Assembly: GCA_963754315.1 (NCBI GenBank)
Contig: CAVWFS010000015.1
Coordinates: forward strand, 160,001-224,000
Direction of reading: 5' to 3'
From: an uncultured Candidatus Rokubacteria bacterium
GTDB taxonomy: Bacteria > Methylomirabilota > Methylomirabilia > Rokubacteriales > CSP1-6
DNA: 64,000 nucleotides
Shown one piece after another: positions 9,273-19,360 of the stretch (positions are counted from its first letter, which is position 1; each line of letters starts with the position of its first letter). The notes beneath the pieces were generated by a model that was not told the DNA's origin, searched no databases, and saw only the letters and a list, made by a program, of their open reading frames with translations. The translations under genes were made by a program, and so were the position numbers.

Positions 9273-10035
9273 GGGTCCCGCTCTCCCCGAGATACACCCG
9301 AATGACGTCCGGGTTGCGGCGAATCTCGCGCGGCTCGCCCTCGGCGATCTTCTGCCCGTGATCCAGGACCACGATGCGATCCGAGATCCCCATGACGACC
9401 TTCATATCGTGCTCCACCAGGAGCACGGTGACACCGCGGCCCCGGATCTTGTCGATGGTGCCCGTGAGACGCTGGGCCTCGGCGGGTGTGAGGCCGGCCG
9501 CTGGCTCGTCGAGCATCAGGAGCCTGGGCTGCCCCGCGAGGGCAATGGCGACCGCGAGGTGCCGCTGCTCACCATACGACAGGGCCCGCGCCTGCACATC
9601 GCGCAGGGCCGACATCTGCAGGAACGTCAGCACGTCGTCAGCGCGGTCCCGGACCTCCGTCATGTGGCGGCGTTGGGCGGCTGTGCGCAAGAGGGCGGGC
9701 CACACGCGCGGCGAGAGACGCGCCTGCTCGCCGATCATGACGTTCTCGTGAACGGTCAGGCGCGGGAAGAGGCTCGTCTTCTGAAAGGTCCGCAACAGGC
9801 CCCGGCGGGCGATGCTGTGGGGAGGCAGCCCGGTGATGACGTGGTCCTCGAGCCGAACCTCGCCGCTGCTCGGGGGCAAGAAGCCCGTGATCAGCCCGAA
9901 GCACGTGGTCTTCCCGGCTCCGTTGGGGCCGATCAACCCCACGATCTCCCCGGCGTTGACCGCGAAGCTGACATCGTTCACCGCGGTGAGCCCGCCGAAA
10001 CGGACCGTCAACCTCCGCAGCTCAAGCAGGGGCAT
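9265..10035 (-). CDS. livG: ABC ATP-binding protein, LivG-like
   Basis: GPNGAGKTT, LSYGEQR, DEPAAGL, VEHDM. Confidence 0.92.
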   Translation of the reverse strand: MPLLELRRLTVRFGGLTAVNDVSFAVNAGEIVGLIGPNGAGKTTCFGLITGFLPPSSGEVRLEDHVITGLPPHSIARRGLLRTFQKTSLFPRLTVHENVMIGEQARLSPRVWPALLRTAAQRRHMTEVRDRADDVLTFLQMSALRDVQARALSYGEQRHLAVAIALAGQPRLLMLDEPAAGLTPAEAQRLTGTIDKIRGRGVTVLLVEHDMKVVMGISDRIVVLDHGQKIAEGEPREIRRNPDVIRVYLGESGTRA

Positions 10036-10984
10036 GCCGGCGAGTCACCTGGCGCGTGCGGCGCCAGAGTCCGTGGAGTCCCTCCGGCAAGAACACGACG
10101 GCTGCCATCAGAAGCGCTCCGAAGATGAGCAGCCGCGCATCCTCGGCCACCCGCAGGTATTCCGGGAGAAGCGTGAAGAGGACGGCTCCCAGAGTCGTCC
10201 CGCCGATGCTGCCCTGGCCACCCACGATCACCATGCTCACCACGGTCACCGTGTAATAGAACGACAGTGCGGTTGGATCGACGAAGTGGACGTACCGGGC
10301 ATAGACGCTTCCCGCCACCCCCGTGAACACCATGCCGATGCAGAAGGCGAGGAGCTTGAACCGAAACGTGGCGATCCCGGCCGAGGCGGCCAGTTCTTCG
10401 TTCTCGCGGATGGCGACAAAGGCGTGGCCCACCGTGGAGTCGAGCAGACGCCGCGTGACGAGGACCGCCAGCCCTACCAGGACGAGCACGAGGTAGTAAT
10501 AGCGGAGCTCGGTGTTGATGACGAACCCGCCTAGCCGGGGATGGGGAATATCGGGCAGCCCCATGGGGCCTCGAGTCACCGAGATCCAGTTGAGCGCGAC
10601 CAGGCGGAGGATCTCGGCAAAGCCAAAGGTCACGATCGCAAAGTAGGGCCCCTTCAGGCGCAGCGACGGAACACCGATCAAGAACCCGACGACACCAGTG
10701 ACCAGGCCGGCCAGCAGCAGGTCGAGGGGAAAGGGGGTCTCGAAGTTTCGCGTGAGCAGGGCCGTCGTATAGGCGCCTACTCCGAAGAATGCCGCATGGC
10801 CCAGGGAAAGCTCGCCCAGATAGCCGAGGACGAGATCGAACCCCAGCGCCATCAGCACGAAGAGACCCGCCAGCACCAAGAGGTGACGATGGTAGGCGCC
10901 CGGCAGGAGGAGGGGAAGGACGAGCGCACCCAACGCGACGGCGAGGCCGCCCATGCGCGATGCCACCAGCTCGCGGCTCTTCAC
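10022..10984 (-). CDS. livM: Branched-chain amino acid ABC permease, LivM-like
   Basis: LSLGHAAFFGVGAY, LRLKGPYFAIVT, AIRENE; GTG overlaps the livH stop. Confidence 0.9.
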   Translation of the reverse strand: MKSRELVASRMGGLAVALGALVLPLLLPGAYHRHLLVLAGLFVLMALGFDLVLGYLGELSLGHAAFFGVGAYTTALLTRNFETPFPLDLLLAGLVTGVVGFLIGVPSLRLKGPYFAIVTFGFAEILRLVALNWISVTRGPMGLPDIPHPRLGGFVINTELRYYYLVLVLVGLAVLVTRRLLDSTVGHAFVAIRENEELAASAGIATFRFKLLAFCIGMVFTGVAGSVYARYVHFVDPTALSFYYTVTVVSMVIVGGQGSIGGTTLGAVLFTLLPEYLRVAEDARLLIFGALLMAAVVFLPEGLHGLWRRTRQVTRRHAPA

Positions 10985-11853
10985 ACCCGCTGCCCGAAGA
11001 GACCTTGAGGTCGGATCAGCAGAACCAGAATGAGGATGGCGTAGCCGATCCCGTCCTTGTAGCTGCTTCCTCCCGGCAGGTACCCCGCCCCCAGGCTCTC
11101 CGCGACTCCGAGAATGATTCCACCCAGTACCGCCCCCGGCACGTTGCCCATCCCTCCCATGATGACCACCGAGAAGGCCTTGACCACGGCCCATTCACCC
11201 ATCGTGGGCTCTATGGTAAACATCGCCCCCAGCAGCCCTCCGGCCACTCCGGCCAGGGCAGTCCCGCCCGCGAAGGCCATGGCGCGGATCCGCTGGACGG
11301 GGACGCCCATGAGGGCCGCGGCATCCCGGTTTCGAGCCACTGCCCGCATGGCCATGCCCCAGCGGCTCAGGCGGATGAAGCACGTCACGGCCAGGATGAG
11401 CACGAGACCCACCCCGAGGGCGACCAGTCGCAGCGAGCTGACCACGACCTCACCGATCATGACGGGGCGGGAACCCCAGTCGAGATGGATCTCGCGGGGA
11501 TCGGGCCCCCACAGCAACAGGGCACCGTGCTGGAGAAAAATTGAGAGACCCAAGGTCGACAGCACGATCGTGAACATGTGGCGTCCCTGCAGGGGGCGCA
11601 CGCTCACGCGCTCGGCCAGGAGACCAGCCCCGGCCGCGCCCACCACGCTCACCGCAAGGGCGACCGCGTAGGGCAGCCCGAAACCCACACTCAGGCTATA
11701 GGTGAGAAACGCGCCGATCATGTAGAACTCGCCGTGAGCAAAGTTGATCACGTCGAGGATTCCAAACACCAGGGTGAGCCCGATGGCGATGAGCGCGTAC
11801 ACGACGCCGATGATGACGCCGTTCGCGATCTGCTGGAGAAGGACGGCGGTCAC
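10981..11853 (-). CDS. livH: Branched-chain amino acid ABC permease, LivH-like
   Basis: GLTLVFGILDVINFAHGE, RPQGLFG. Confidence 0.92.
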   Translation of the reverse strand: MTAVLLQQIANGVIIGVVYALIAIGLTLVFGILDVINFAHGEFYMIGAFLTYSLSVGFGLPYAVALAVSVVGAAGAGLLAERVSVRPLQGRHMFTIVLSTLGLSIFLQHGALLLWGPDPREIHLDWGSRPVMIGEVVVSSLRLVALGVGLVLILAVTCFIRLSRWGMAMRAVARNRDAAALMGVPVQRIRAMAFAGGTALAGVAGGLLGAMFTIEPTMGEWAVVKAFSVVIMGGMGNVPGAVLGGIILGVAESLGAGYLPGGSSYKDGIGYAILILVLLIRPQGLFGQRV

Positions 11854-11902
11854 GCGGCGGTCAGACGCTCGCGGATCGTTCGGCGCGGGCCGGATCGGGG
11901 GC

Positions 11903-12907
11903 TCATCCCAACTCGAGCGCCTGCATGGCGCGCCGGTACGCGACGGCCACCGAGTCGAACTTGAGGTGAAGCTCCTCGCTCAGGTCGAAGGGCACCTCGG
12001 CCGGACGCTGGGACTCGACGATGTGGCGATCCTGTCCGAAGATCACGTCCTCGAAATCCTGGAAGACCCGGTCCGGCTGGTCGAGGTTGTAGTTCTGGCC
12101 GATCAGGCAGTAGCCGATGCACCGATCGCCGGACACCGGCTGCGATACGAAGAGATACAGGAGCCTCTCTCGGCCCCCCCAGCTCATGTGCACGACGATC
12201 GTGTAAGGCAGGTGGAGCGCATAGCGAGTGAGACGTACTGAGCGCTCACGATCCTCGTTGGGAAACAGGGGGTACTGGGAGGTACTTTTCGCTTCCGCGC
12301 GCTCGAATTGATAGTGCAAGACGTGTCCGCGCGTCTCCACCTCGGGCGGGATCACCACCACCCGGTTGGGATCGCCGAGCAATCCGGGATGGACCCACGG
12401 AAAGTGGCCGAGATCGGTGAAGTTCTCGATCTGGCGCGAGGCTTCCGCGTTCCAGGCGTAGGGCCCGCACAGCACGGTCTTCCAGCCAGGTGATCCGAGC
12501 TCGGGCAGCTCGGGGATCGGCCAGCGCGGTTCATCCAGGGCCGCCCACACGAGGCCGTACCGCTCCTGGCAGCGATAGGCCGCCACGCGTGCCTTGGTCG
12601 GCACCCGGGAGGGATCCTCGAGCTGCGGTATCGCGCTACAGCGACCGTCGGTCGCGTAGCGCCAGCCGTGGTACGCGCAGACGATCTCGTCCCCGGCCAC
12701 CCGTCCCCGGGACAGCGCCGTTCCGCGGTGAATGCAGAGGTCCCGAAACGCGTGGGCGACACCACGGCTGTCGCGCCAGAGGACAAGCGACTCCTCCAGG
12801 AGCTCGACCCGCAGTGGACTCTCGCCGAGGTCACGGCTATAGGCGACGGCATGCCAGCAGGCGCGCAGGCGCTGGGGGCGGGACGTGAGGACAGACGACA
12901 CGGCCAT
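11903..12907 (-). CDS. Rieske non-heme iron oxygenase alpha subunit (VanA/demethylase-like)
   Basis: CIHRG...CAYHGW Rieske motif, ENFTDLGHFPWVH iron site, QDRHIVESQ; start inferred downstream of TGcTATACT. Confidence 0.88.
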   Translation of the reverse strand: MAVSSVLTSRPQRLRACWHAVAYSRDLGESPLRVELLEESLVLWRDSRGVAHAFRDLCIHRGTALSRGRVAGDEIVCAYHGWRYATDGRCSAIPQLEDPSRVPTKARVAAYRCQERYGLVWAALDEPRWPIPELPELGSPGWKTVLCGPYAWNAEASRQIENFTDLGHFPWVHPGLLGDPNRVVVIPPEVETRGHVLHYQFERAEAKSTSQYPLFPNEDRERSVRLTRYALHLPYTIVVHMSWGGRERLLYLFVSQPVSGDRCIGYCLIGQNYNLDQPDRVFQDFEDVIFGQDRHIVESQRPAEVPFDLSEELHLKFDSVAVAYRRAMQALELG

Positions 12908-13021
12908 CGCGGCCGTAAGTATAGCAGCGCGTCCCCGCGAGGCCCCGCCGTCCGCGATGGGTCCCGCCATCGTGGATGACCATCGCGTATAGTGGGCGGG
13001 ACACGCGCAGCAGCCGGGGAG

Positions 13022-14083
13022 GTGATCGACATCGAGCGCATCATCGTGATAGTCCTGCTCGGTCTGCTCTCGTACTTCGTCTACCGCGTCTTCGAGCCGT
13101 TCCTGGTCGCGCTCATCTGGGCGGTCGTGCTCGTCGTGTTCTTTCAGCGGCTGCACGCACGGGTCCGCGGCCGCATCATGAACCCGAACCTGGCGGCGCT
13201 CACGACCACGCTCATCCTCACCGCGATCCTGATCATCCCCGTCGGGTTCGTCTTTTCCCTCTTCACCAACCAAGCCATCGCGGTGACCCAGTGGGTGGTA
13301 GAAGACTGGAAGCACGGCGAGGGCTGGCGATCCATGTTCGCGTGGCTGGAACGGCTGCCCCTGCAGTTCCTGCCCTTCGAGATCAAGCTGGAAGACCTCC
13401 GAGGGTTCGCTATTCAGAACCTCCGCCAGTGGGGCGTCGGTCTCGCCGAGCGCGCGGGGAGGGTGGCGCAGAACGTCCTCGGCATCACCGTCAACCTCCT
13501 GGTCACCCTGCTTGCCTGCTTCTATCTATTCCGTGACGGCCCTGCCCTCATGAAGACCCTGCGCGACATCGCCCCCCTGGATCCGGACTATCGGGAACGG
13601 CTGTTGACCATCACGGAGAACGTTCTCTTCGCGAGCGTCCTGAGCAGCTTCGCGGTGGCGGCCGTCCAGGGAACCCTCGGCGGCATCGCCTTCTGGATCG
13701 TGGGCGTCCCCGGCCCGGCGCTGTGGGGCATCGTCATGATGCTGGCATCGTTCATCCCCTTCGTCGGCGCGTCCATCATCTGGGCCCCGGTCGCGCTCTA
13801 CTTTCTGTTCAGCGGCGACTACCTGAAGGCGGGCGTCCTGGTGGTGGTGGGGGTGCTGGTCATCGGCACCGTCGACAACATCCTCCGGCCGATCCTGATC
13901 AGTGGACGCGTGGAGCTGAACGGACTCCTCGTACTCATCAGCGTGGTCGGCGGCATCAGCGCCTTCGGACTGCTCGGCATCGTGCTGGGGCCCGTGCTGA
14001 TCGCGGTGGCGGTCGCCGTGCTGGCCGCCGAACGGGAACGGCGGGCGGCGCTGTCACCTGCGGAGTCGCCTCCTGCGGCGTAA
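13022..14083 (+). CDS. AI-2E family (PerM/YdiK-like) transporter
   Basis: FYLFRDG, IPFVG, DNILRP, FGLLGIVLGP motifs; start uncertain (12992 or 13022). Confidence 0.88.
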   Translation: MIDIERIIVIVLLGLLSYFVYRVFEPFLVALIWAVVLVVFFQRLHARVRGRIMNPNLAALTTTLILTAILIIPVGFVFSLFTNQAIAVTQWVVEDWKHGEGWRSMFAWLERLPLQFLPFEIKLEDLRGFAIQNLRQWGVGLAERAGRVAQNVLGITVNLLVTLLACFYLFRDGPALMKTLRDIAPLDPDYRERLLTITENVLFASVLSSFAVAAVQGTLGGIAFWIVGVPGPALWGIVMMLASFIPFVGASIIWAPVALYFLFSGDYLKAGVLVVVGVLVIGTVDNILRPILISGRVELNGLLVLISVVGGISAFGLLGIVLGPVLIAVAVAVLAAERERRAALSPAESPPAA

Positions 14084-15213
14084 CCGACCAGCTCGACATA
14101 GCCGTGCCCGTCGAGCATCCGCGGGCCCGCCCGCCCCTGCACCCGGACGGCCCCCTCCCAGTAGCGCACCGGCTCCGTGAACTCCTGGTCGGCCACCAGA
14201 GGCACGACCTCGAGCGTGAGCGCCTCGTGCGGGATGGTGATGCGCCAACGGGCGGGGTAGCGCGTGCCACCTCGCGGGCTTGTCCACCACGAGAGCACCT
14301 CCACCGCGACGTCAGCGGCGCCCAGGTGGCGGCCGACACCATCGGCCCCGACGATCGTGCCCGCACTGAAGGGATCGACTGATCCGTCCCGCCGGCGCAG
14401 CCGATAGATCATCACATCACGGCCGTCCTCGAGCTGCAGAGCGAACCAGTCCCAGCCGATTTGATCCACCCCGAGCGCGCTCGTCGACCACTCGCGGTCC
14501 ATCCAGGCGAGCCCAGTCACCGCGAAACGCTCCTCACCCAGACGAAGGCTCCCGCGCGCGGGGAGGCGAGTGAGCGAGTAGTAGTAGGAAGCGTTGCCTT
14601 CCTCCGGCCCCTTGCGGCTGAGCCCCTGATCACCCTGCCGCGTGATCGGCTTGCCCTCCTCCAGGAGGAGATCGAGGGCGATATCACCCTCCATCGCCCG
14701 CAACCGCATGGGGAACGTGCGCGTTCCTTCACCGTCGACCGCCCAGGCCTCGGTCCAGACACGGAAAGGTCGAACGGTGGCGCCGGCGAGCCCGAGGGCG
14801 CCCCGCACGAATCGCACGGCGGGATGGAAGCGCTGCGCAGCGACGTCGGTGACGGCAAAGTGCGCCATGTAAACCTCGGAGGCGGCCCATGCCGACGCCC
14901 GAGGCGCCGTCGGGGGCGTCTGCGCGAGACGGAAGAAGGTGAGCTGAAAGCCGAAGCGACGCCCCGTGGCTGTGGCCACGTTGCCCGTGTAGTACCACCA
15001 CTCGGTCCGGTATGCCGGATGCGGTCCGTGATCCTCCGGGAACACGAAGGGCCGCGGCTCGATCGCTCGCGCATACCCCGTCGTGGACCCTCCCAGTGCC
15101 GTCGCGATCGCCACACCAGCCCCGGGCGCTCGCGCCGCGTCCTGGCGCGTGGCGGTCAGCGCGGTCGCAAGCAGGAGCGCGGCACCTCCGAGCGCGAGCA
15201 GCAGCCGCTTCAT
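13819..15213 (-). CDS. Lipocalin-like/AttH (CrtC-like) secreted protein
   Basis: Signal peptide; FPEDHGPHPAYRTEWWY, SYYYS, WMDREWS, GWDWF, YWEG, GYVELVGY; C-terminal extent uncertain. Confidence 0.85.
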   Translation of the reverse strand: MKRLLLALGGAALLLATALTATRQDAARAPGAGVAIATALGGSTTGYARAIEPRPFVFPEDHGPHPAYRTEWWYYTGNVATATGRRFGFQLTFFRLAQTPPTAPRASAWAASEVYMAHFAVTDVAAQRFHPAVRFVRGALGLAGATVRPFRVWTEAWAVDGEGTRTFPMRLRAMEGDIALDLLLEEGKPITRQGDQGLSRKGPEEGNASYYYSLTRLPARGSLRLGEERFAVTGLAWMDREWSTSALGVDQIGWDWFALQLEDGRDVMIYRLRRRDGSVDPFSAGTIVGADGVGRHLGAADVAVEVLSWWTSPRGGTRYPARWRITIPHEALTLEVVPLVADQEFTEPVRYWEGAVRVQGRAGPRMLDGHGYVELVGYAAGGDSAGDSAARRSRSAASTATATAISTGPSTMPSSPKALMPPTTLMSTRSPFSSTRPLIRIGRRMLSTVPMTSTPTTTRTPAFR

Positions 15214-17765
15214 TCGTCTCGCAGGGCCTCCGGAAGCGATTGCCGCGCGCTCCGTCGAGCGGGAGCGATGCTGGCCACGAGGGCCGCCACCACCGCCAGG
15301 GCAACGCCCTGGATGAGAATGCCCGGCGCCAGCTCGATCTGAAGCGTCCAGCCGAATGTCCGCTGATTGATGACGAAGACGAGGATGATGGAGAGCGCGA
15401 TACCCACCGGGATGGCCAGGATACCTGCCGCCGCTCCCATCAGCCCACTCTGGCCGGTGACGAGCGTCCACACCTGGCCCGGCGTGAAACCCTGGGCCCT
15501 GAGCACCGCGAGCTCGCGGGCGCGCTCGAAGGCGAGCGCCATCAAGGCGCTCAGCACGCCGACGAAGGCCACAACGGTCACGAGCAACCTCAGTACGATC
15601 GTGACCGCGAACGTACGGTCGAAGACCTCGAGGGAGGCTACCCGCAGCGCCCGGTTCGAGCGAATCAGGACCTCCTGGTCAGGGCCAGCCGCCCGACGCA
15701 ACACCCCCACCAGAAGCTCAGGGTCGATGCCGGGGGCAGCGACAAGGCCGAGGGCGGAGATGGCGCGATCGTCCCAGAACTGCTCGTAGGTCGCACGGCT
15801 CATCATCACCACGCCCTCCGGGGAGCCGTAGTCACGCACCACCGCGGCCACCGGGAACTCGCGCTCCCCCCGGTCGGTACGCAAGCGCAGGCGACTGCCC
15901 ATGCCGAGCGCCCGGTGGTAGGCCAACGGTTCCGAGACCATCACCGCTCCCTCCGTCCAGAAACGAGGCGTGACCGAGGCCTGCTGTCCGCGCACGAAGG
16001 AGAAGCGGCCGAGAGCATGGGCATCGACGTCGAGGACGACCAGTGACACAGGCCCCGCCGACGACTCCACCCGGACGGTCCTATTGGTGTTCACGCGGAC
16101 GAGGCCGGGCGTGGATGTCAGACGCGCAATCAGGGCGGGAGCCAGAGTGGCGTCCGCGCGGTTGCTCACCAGACTGGGCGGCGAGACGTACACGTCTGAC
16201 TGCAGGGTGGAATCAAGCCAGCGAACGACTGTTTGCCTGAAGCTGCCGATCATGATCCCGACACCCACGGTGGATGCCACCGCAATCATCAGTGCGGCCA
16301 GGGCTACCGCCGTGCGACTCAGCGCGGCGACGACCGCGCCTGCTGCCATCCGCCCCGGAAGACCGAACAGCCAGCCCATGGGAGCGCGGGCCAACGTCAT
16401 GAGAGCGATGGCCGCCCAGGGCGTGAGCAATGCTGCGCCGAGCAGGACCGCAAACAGGGCGGCGTAGGCGACCACGATGGGCGCGCGAGCCGGGAGCAGC
16501 GCCAGAATGCCCGCCATCAGCACGCCTATCCCGATCAAGGCAAGCTGGGGGGCGGCCCGGCGAGACCGTCCCTCGACGATCGACCGATGCAGGGCAGCCC
16601 GCGGTGTGGTGGCCGTGGCTTCGAAGGCGGGGGCGAGCGTCGCCACGAGCGTGCCGCCCAGCCCGAGGAGAGCCGCCCGTGCCAGGCTCAGGGGCGGCAA
16701 GGCCACGTCCCGGACGGCGAGGGTGACGTAGAGATCGTTGATGGTTTGCGCGACGAACCGGACCATGCCCTGAGCTAGCAGGATCCCGAGCAGCAGTCCC
16801 CCGGCCGTCGCGATCAGCCCGATCAGAGCCGCCTCGCCGAGAACGATGCCGAAGATCTCGCCGCGGCTGACGCCGAGCGCGCGCAGGATACCGATGAGCT
16901 CGCGCCGCTGCACAACCGAGAACGTCATGGTGTTGTAGATGAGAAACATACCGACGACGAGCGCCAGCAGGCTGAGCGCGGTGAGGTTGATGGCGAACGC
17001 TGCGGTCATCTGCTCCACGACGGCCGCGCGCCTGCCCGCGCGCTCGATCTGAACGTCCGGTGGTAGCAGGGCCGCCAGCCGCGCGTGCTCGGCGTCACCC
17101 TGTGCCCCGTCGGGCAAGATGAGATCGATCCGGCTCAAGCGACCGACCTCGCCCAGGACCTCCTGGGCGGTGGCAATGTCCGTGACGAGCGTGCTCTCGA
17201 GGGCGCGTGCGCTCAGCGTGTCGTGCGGGATCAGCTCGCCGACGAGGGTGATTTGACGGCGCTCGGATCCCACCCTCACCGTGAGGGTGTCGCCGCGCCG
17301 GAGGCCGAGGCGCCGCGCCGTCTCCCGAGCGATCAGGGCCGCCCCGGGACGAGTGAGCAGCGCGCTCAGGTCGTCGAGGGAGGGGGCCACGCCGCCGCCC
17401 AGAAAGGATCGGAAGGGTGACTCGGCGAACGGATCGACGCCAAGCAGATGAAAGGTCATCCCCGGCAAATCCGGCGCCGTCAGGTGGCGCTCCACCACAG
17501 GCGCCGAGCGGCGGAGACCAAGGTCGAGCCGGAGCGTTCGATAGACGGATTCGGGGACGCCCGATGGCCCACCCACGATCTGGTGGGTGGCCCGGCCCGC
17601 CATGCTCTCCGCGAAGACGGAGAACGACCGTCGGGCGCTCTCGTTCGCGAGGTCAATCGAGAGCGCCACCGCCACCCCGAGCGCGATGCCGAGGATGGAG
17701 AGCCCGATCTGCCACGGGTGGCGTGCGAGGTGTCGCAGGCTGGCCCGCCAGAGCATCCAGCTCAT
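15210..17765 (-). CDS. ABC transporter permease, duplicated FtsX/MacB-type (AttF/G-like)
   Basis: Two FtsX-like halves: [12 protein letters not shown] and [12 protein letters not shown]. Confidence 0.9.
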   Translation of the reverse strand: MSWMLWRASLRHLARHPWQIGLSILGIALGVAVALSIDLANESARRSFSVFAESMAGRATHQIVGGPSGVPESVYRTLRLDLGLRRSAPVVERHLTAPDLPGMTFHLLGVDPFAESPFRSFLGGGVAPSLDDLSALLTRPGAALIARETARRLGLRRGDTLTVRVGSERRQITLVGELIPHDTLSARALESTLVTDIATAQEVLGEVGRLSRIDLILPDGAQGDAEHARLAALLPPDVQIERAGRRAAVVEQMTAAFAINLTALSLLALVVGMFLIYNTMTFSVVQRRELIGILRALGVSRGEIFGIVLGEAALIGLIATAGGLLLGILLAQGMVRFVAQTINDLYVTLAVRDVALPPLSLARAALLGLGGTLVATLAPAFEATATTPRAALHRSIVEGRSRRAAPQLALIGIGVLMAGILALLPARAPIVVAYAALFAVLLGAALLTPWAAIALMTLARAPMGWLFGLPGRMAAGAVVAALSRTAVALAALMIAVASTVGVGIMIGSFRQTVVRWLDSTLQSDVYVSPPSLVSNRADATLAPALIARLTSTPGLVRVNTNRTVRVESSAGPVSLVVLDVDAHALGRFSFVRGQQASVTPRFWTEGAVMVSEPLAYHRALGMGSRLRLRTDRGEREFPVAAVVRDYGSPEGVVMMSRATYEQFWDDRAISALGLVAAPGIDPELLVGVLRRAAGPDQEVLIRSNRALRVASLEVFDRTFAVTIVLRLLVTVVAFVGVLSALMALAFERARELAVLRAQGFTPGQVWTLVTGQSGLMGAAAGILAIPVGIALSIILVFVINQRTFGWTLQIELAPGILIQGVALAVVAALVASIAPARRSARQSLPEALRDE

Positions 17766-18454
17766 GCGACGACACTCCCATTCCTCAAGGTCAGGATGCG
17801 GTCGGCTGCCCGCGCCACCTCGGCGCTGTGCGTGACCGCGATCACCGTCCTGCCCTGCTCCCTCGGCAGGCGCCGCAAGAGTCCCAGGACCTGCTCTGCG
17901 GATTCCATGTCGAGATTACCCGTCGGCTCGTCGGCGAGGATCAGCAGGGGCTCGTGGGCGAGCGCGCGCGCCACGGCGACTCGCTGCTGCTCCCCTCCGG
18001 ATAGCCGGTCGGTAAAGGCACGGGCCCGGTCCAGGAGGCCGACCTCCCGCAGCAGATCGCTGGCCCGGCCGCGTGCCGGCCCTCCCGTGCGACCAACCAG
18101 CTCGAGCGGCAAGAGCAGGTTTTCCTCGACGGTCAGGGTCGACACGAGGTTGAAGAACTGGAAGATGAAACCCACATGCCGCCGACGGAACAGGGCACGA
18201 TCGCGTTCGCCAAGCGCGGTGACGATCGTGCCGTCGATGCTCACCGTGCCGCTGGTCGGCGCATCGATACCGCCGATCAGGTTGAGGAGCGTCGACTTCC
18301 CCGAGCCGCTCCGTCCGAGCACGGCCACGAAGGTACCGCGATCGACCGCGAGGTCGACGTCCCGGAGCACCACTCGTTCACGGTCTCCCTCCCGATAGAT
18401 CTTGGAGACTGCGCGTAGCTCGACAAGAGGAAGAGCCGGAGGGGGCAAGGTCAA
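17762..18454 (-). CDS. ABC ATP-binding protein, LolD/AttE-like
   Basis: [38 protein letters not shown]. Confidence 0.93.
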   Translation of the reverse strand: MTLPPPALPLVELRAVSKIYREGDRERVVLRDVDLAVDRGTFVAVLGRSGSGKSTLLNLIGGIDAPTSGTVSIDGTIVTALGERDRALFRRRHVGFIFQFFNLVSTLTVEENLLLPLELVGRTGGPARGRASDLLREVGLLDRARAFTDRLSGGEQQRVAVARALAHEPLLILADEPTGNLDMESAEQVLGLLRRLPREQGRTVIAVTHSAEVARAADRILTLRNGSVVA

Positions 18455-18463
18455 TGCGCGGCG

Positions 18464-19279
18464 CTACCCCATGAGGCCCGGCGCCGGGGACGGATCCGAC
18501 GGAGCGATGTCGTGCATGTCGGGCTCGAGCTGGAGCGTGTCGGCGATCTTCGTGTAGCTCGAGAACATCTGGGTCACACCGATGATCTCCATGATGCCAC
18601 GGTCGCCGACACCGAGCCGTCGCATCTCACCCAGGTGGAACGCGGTGCCGAATCCCGAGCGAGTGGTGAGCGACACCGCGAAGGCGAGCCCTTCCTTGTA
18701 ACGACGGGCGAGCGTGTTGTCGGCGAAGGCCCGGCGGACCGCTTCCCACAGATCCCGGGCATAGCCCGGATCGCGCGCCACCAGACGCAATGGCAACGGC
18801 ACCTGGGCCCCGTAAAAGGCGGCCGCTTCCGCGAACAGGCTGGCCACGTCCTCGCTCCCACCAGTCTCGGGGAGCGGCGTCAGCAGCGGCACTCCGCCCG
18901 CGGGCGCCAGACCGTCGGCGACGACGTTGAGGGCGTTGGTCACCCCGACCACGAAGGCGGCCTCGTACCAGCGTGCGTCGCCCGTCATTCCCTGCAGCTT
19001 CCCGGCTGCAGTGTGAGCCGTCACTCAGTACGTGCAGGCGTTGACCCCGCTCACGACGGCCGCCACCATCTCCTTCTCGGCACGGCTCCACTCGCCCGGA
19101 CCCATGACCCGCTTCATGGCCCGGCCGTGGGGACCGCCGAACTCGGGATCCCATGCCATGACCCGGCTCATCGCGGGGGGAGCCGGAAAGTCATGGTTGA
19201 ACCATTGCTTGGACAGCTCGAACATCTTGCGGACGGGCTCGGGGTACTCCGAGGCGTCTCTCAGCCTGACCGTGGGCAT
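18464..19279 (-). CDS. AhpD/carboxymuconolactone-decarboxylase-like peroxidase, two domains, probable selenoprotein (UGA at 19025-19027)
   Basis: ORFs 19025..19279 and 18464..19024 are in frame and joined by one TGA, giving EMVAAVVSGVNAC-T-Y-U-VTAH where the family has CxxCxxxH. Confidence 0.82.
18992..19011 (-). promoter_or_regulatory. Bacterial SECIS-like hairpin
   Basis: On the minus strand CUGCAGC-CGGGAA-GCUGCAG starts 14 nt after the UGA; perfect 7-bp stem with G at loop position 2. Confidence 0.65.
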
Positions 19280-19360
19280 ATCGGCTCCTCCCCGCCATGA
19301 TGAATCTCACCGGCGCGACTGTACACCAGCCCGGCCGCGCTCTGTGGTACGGTGAGCCGG

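Noticed and set aside
19025..19027. TGA as nonsense mutation or true stop of a separate 84-aa gene
   Set aside because: It falls exactly at the second Cys of CxxC, the frame continues with the conserved His, a SECIS-like hairpin follows, and there is no SD for the downstream GTG
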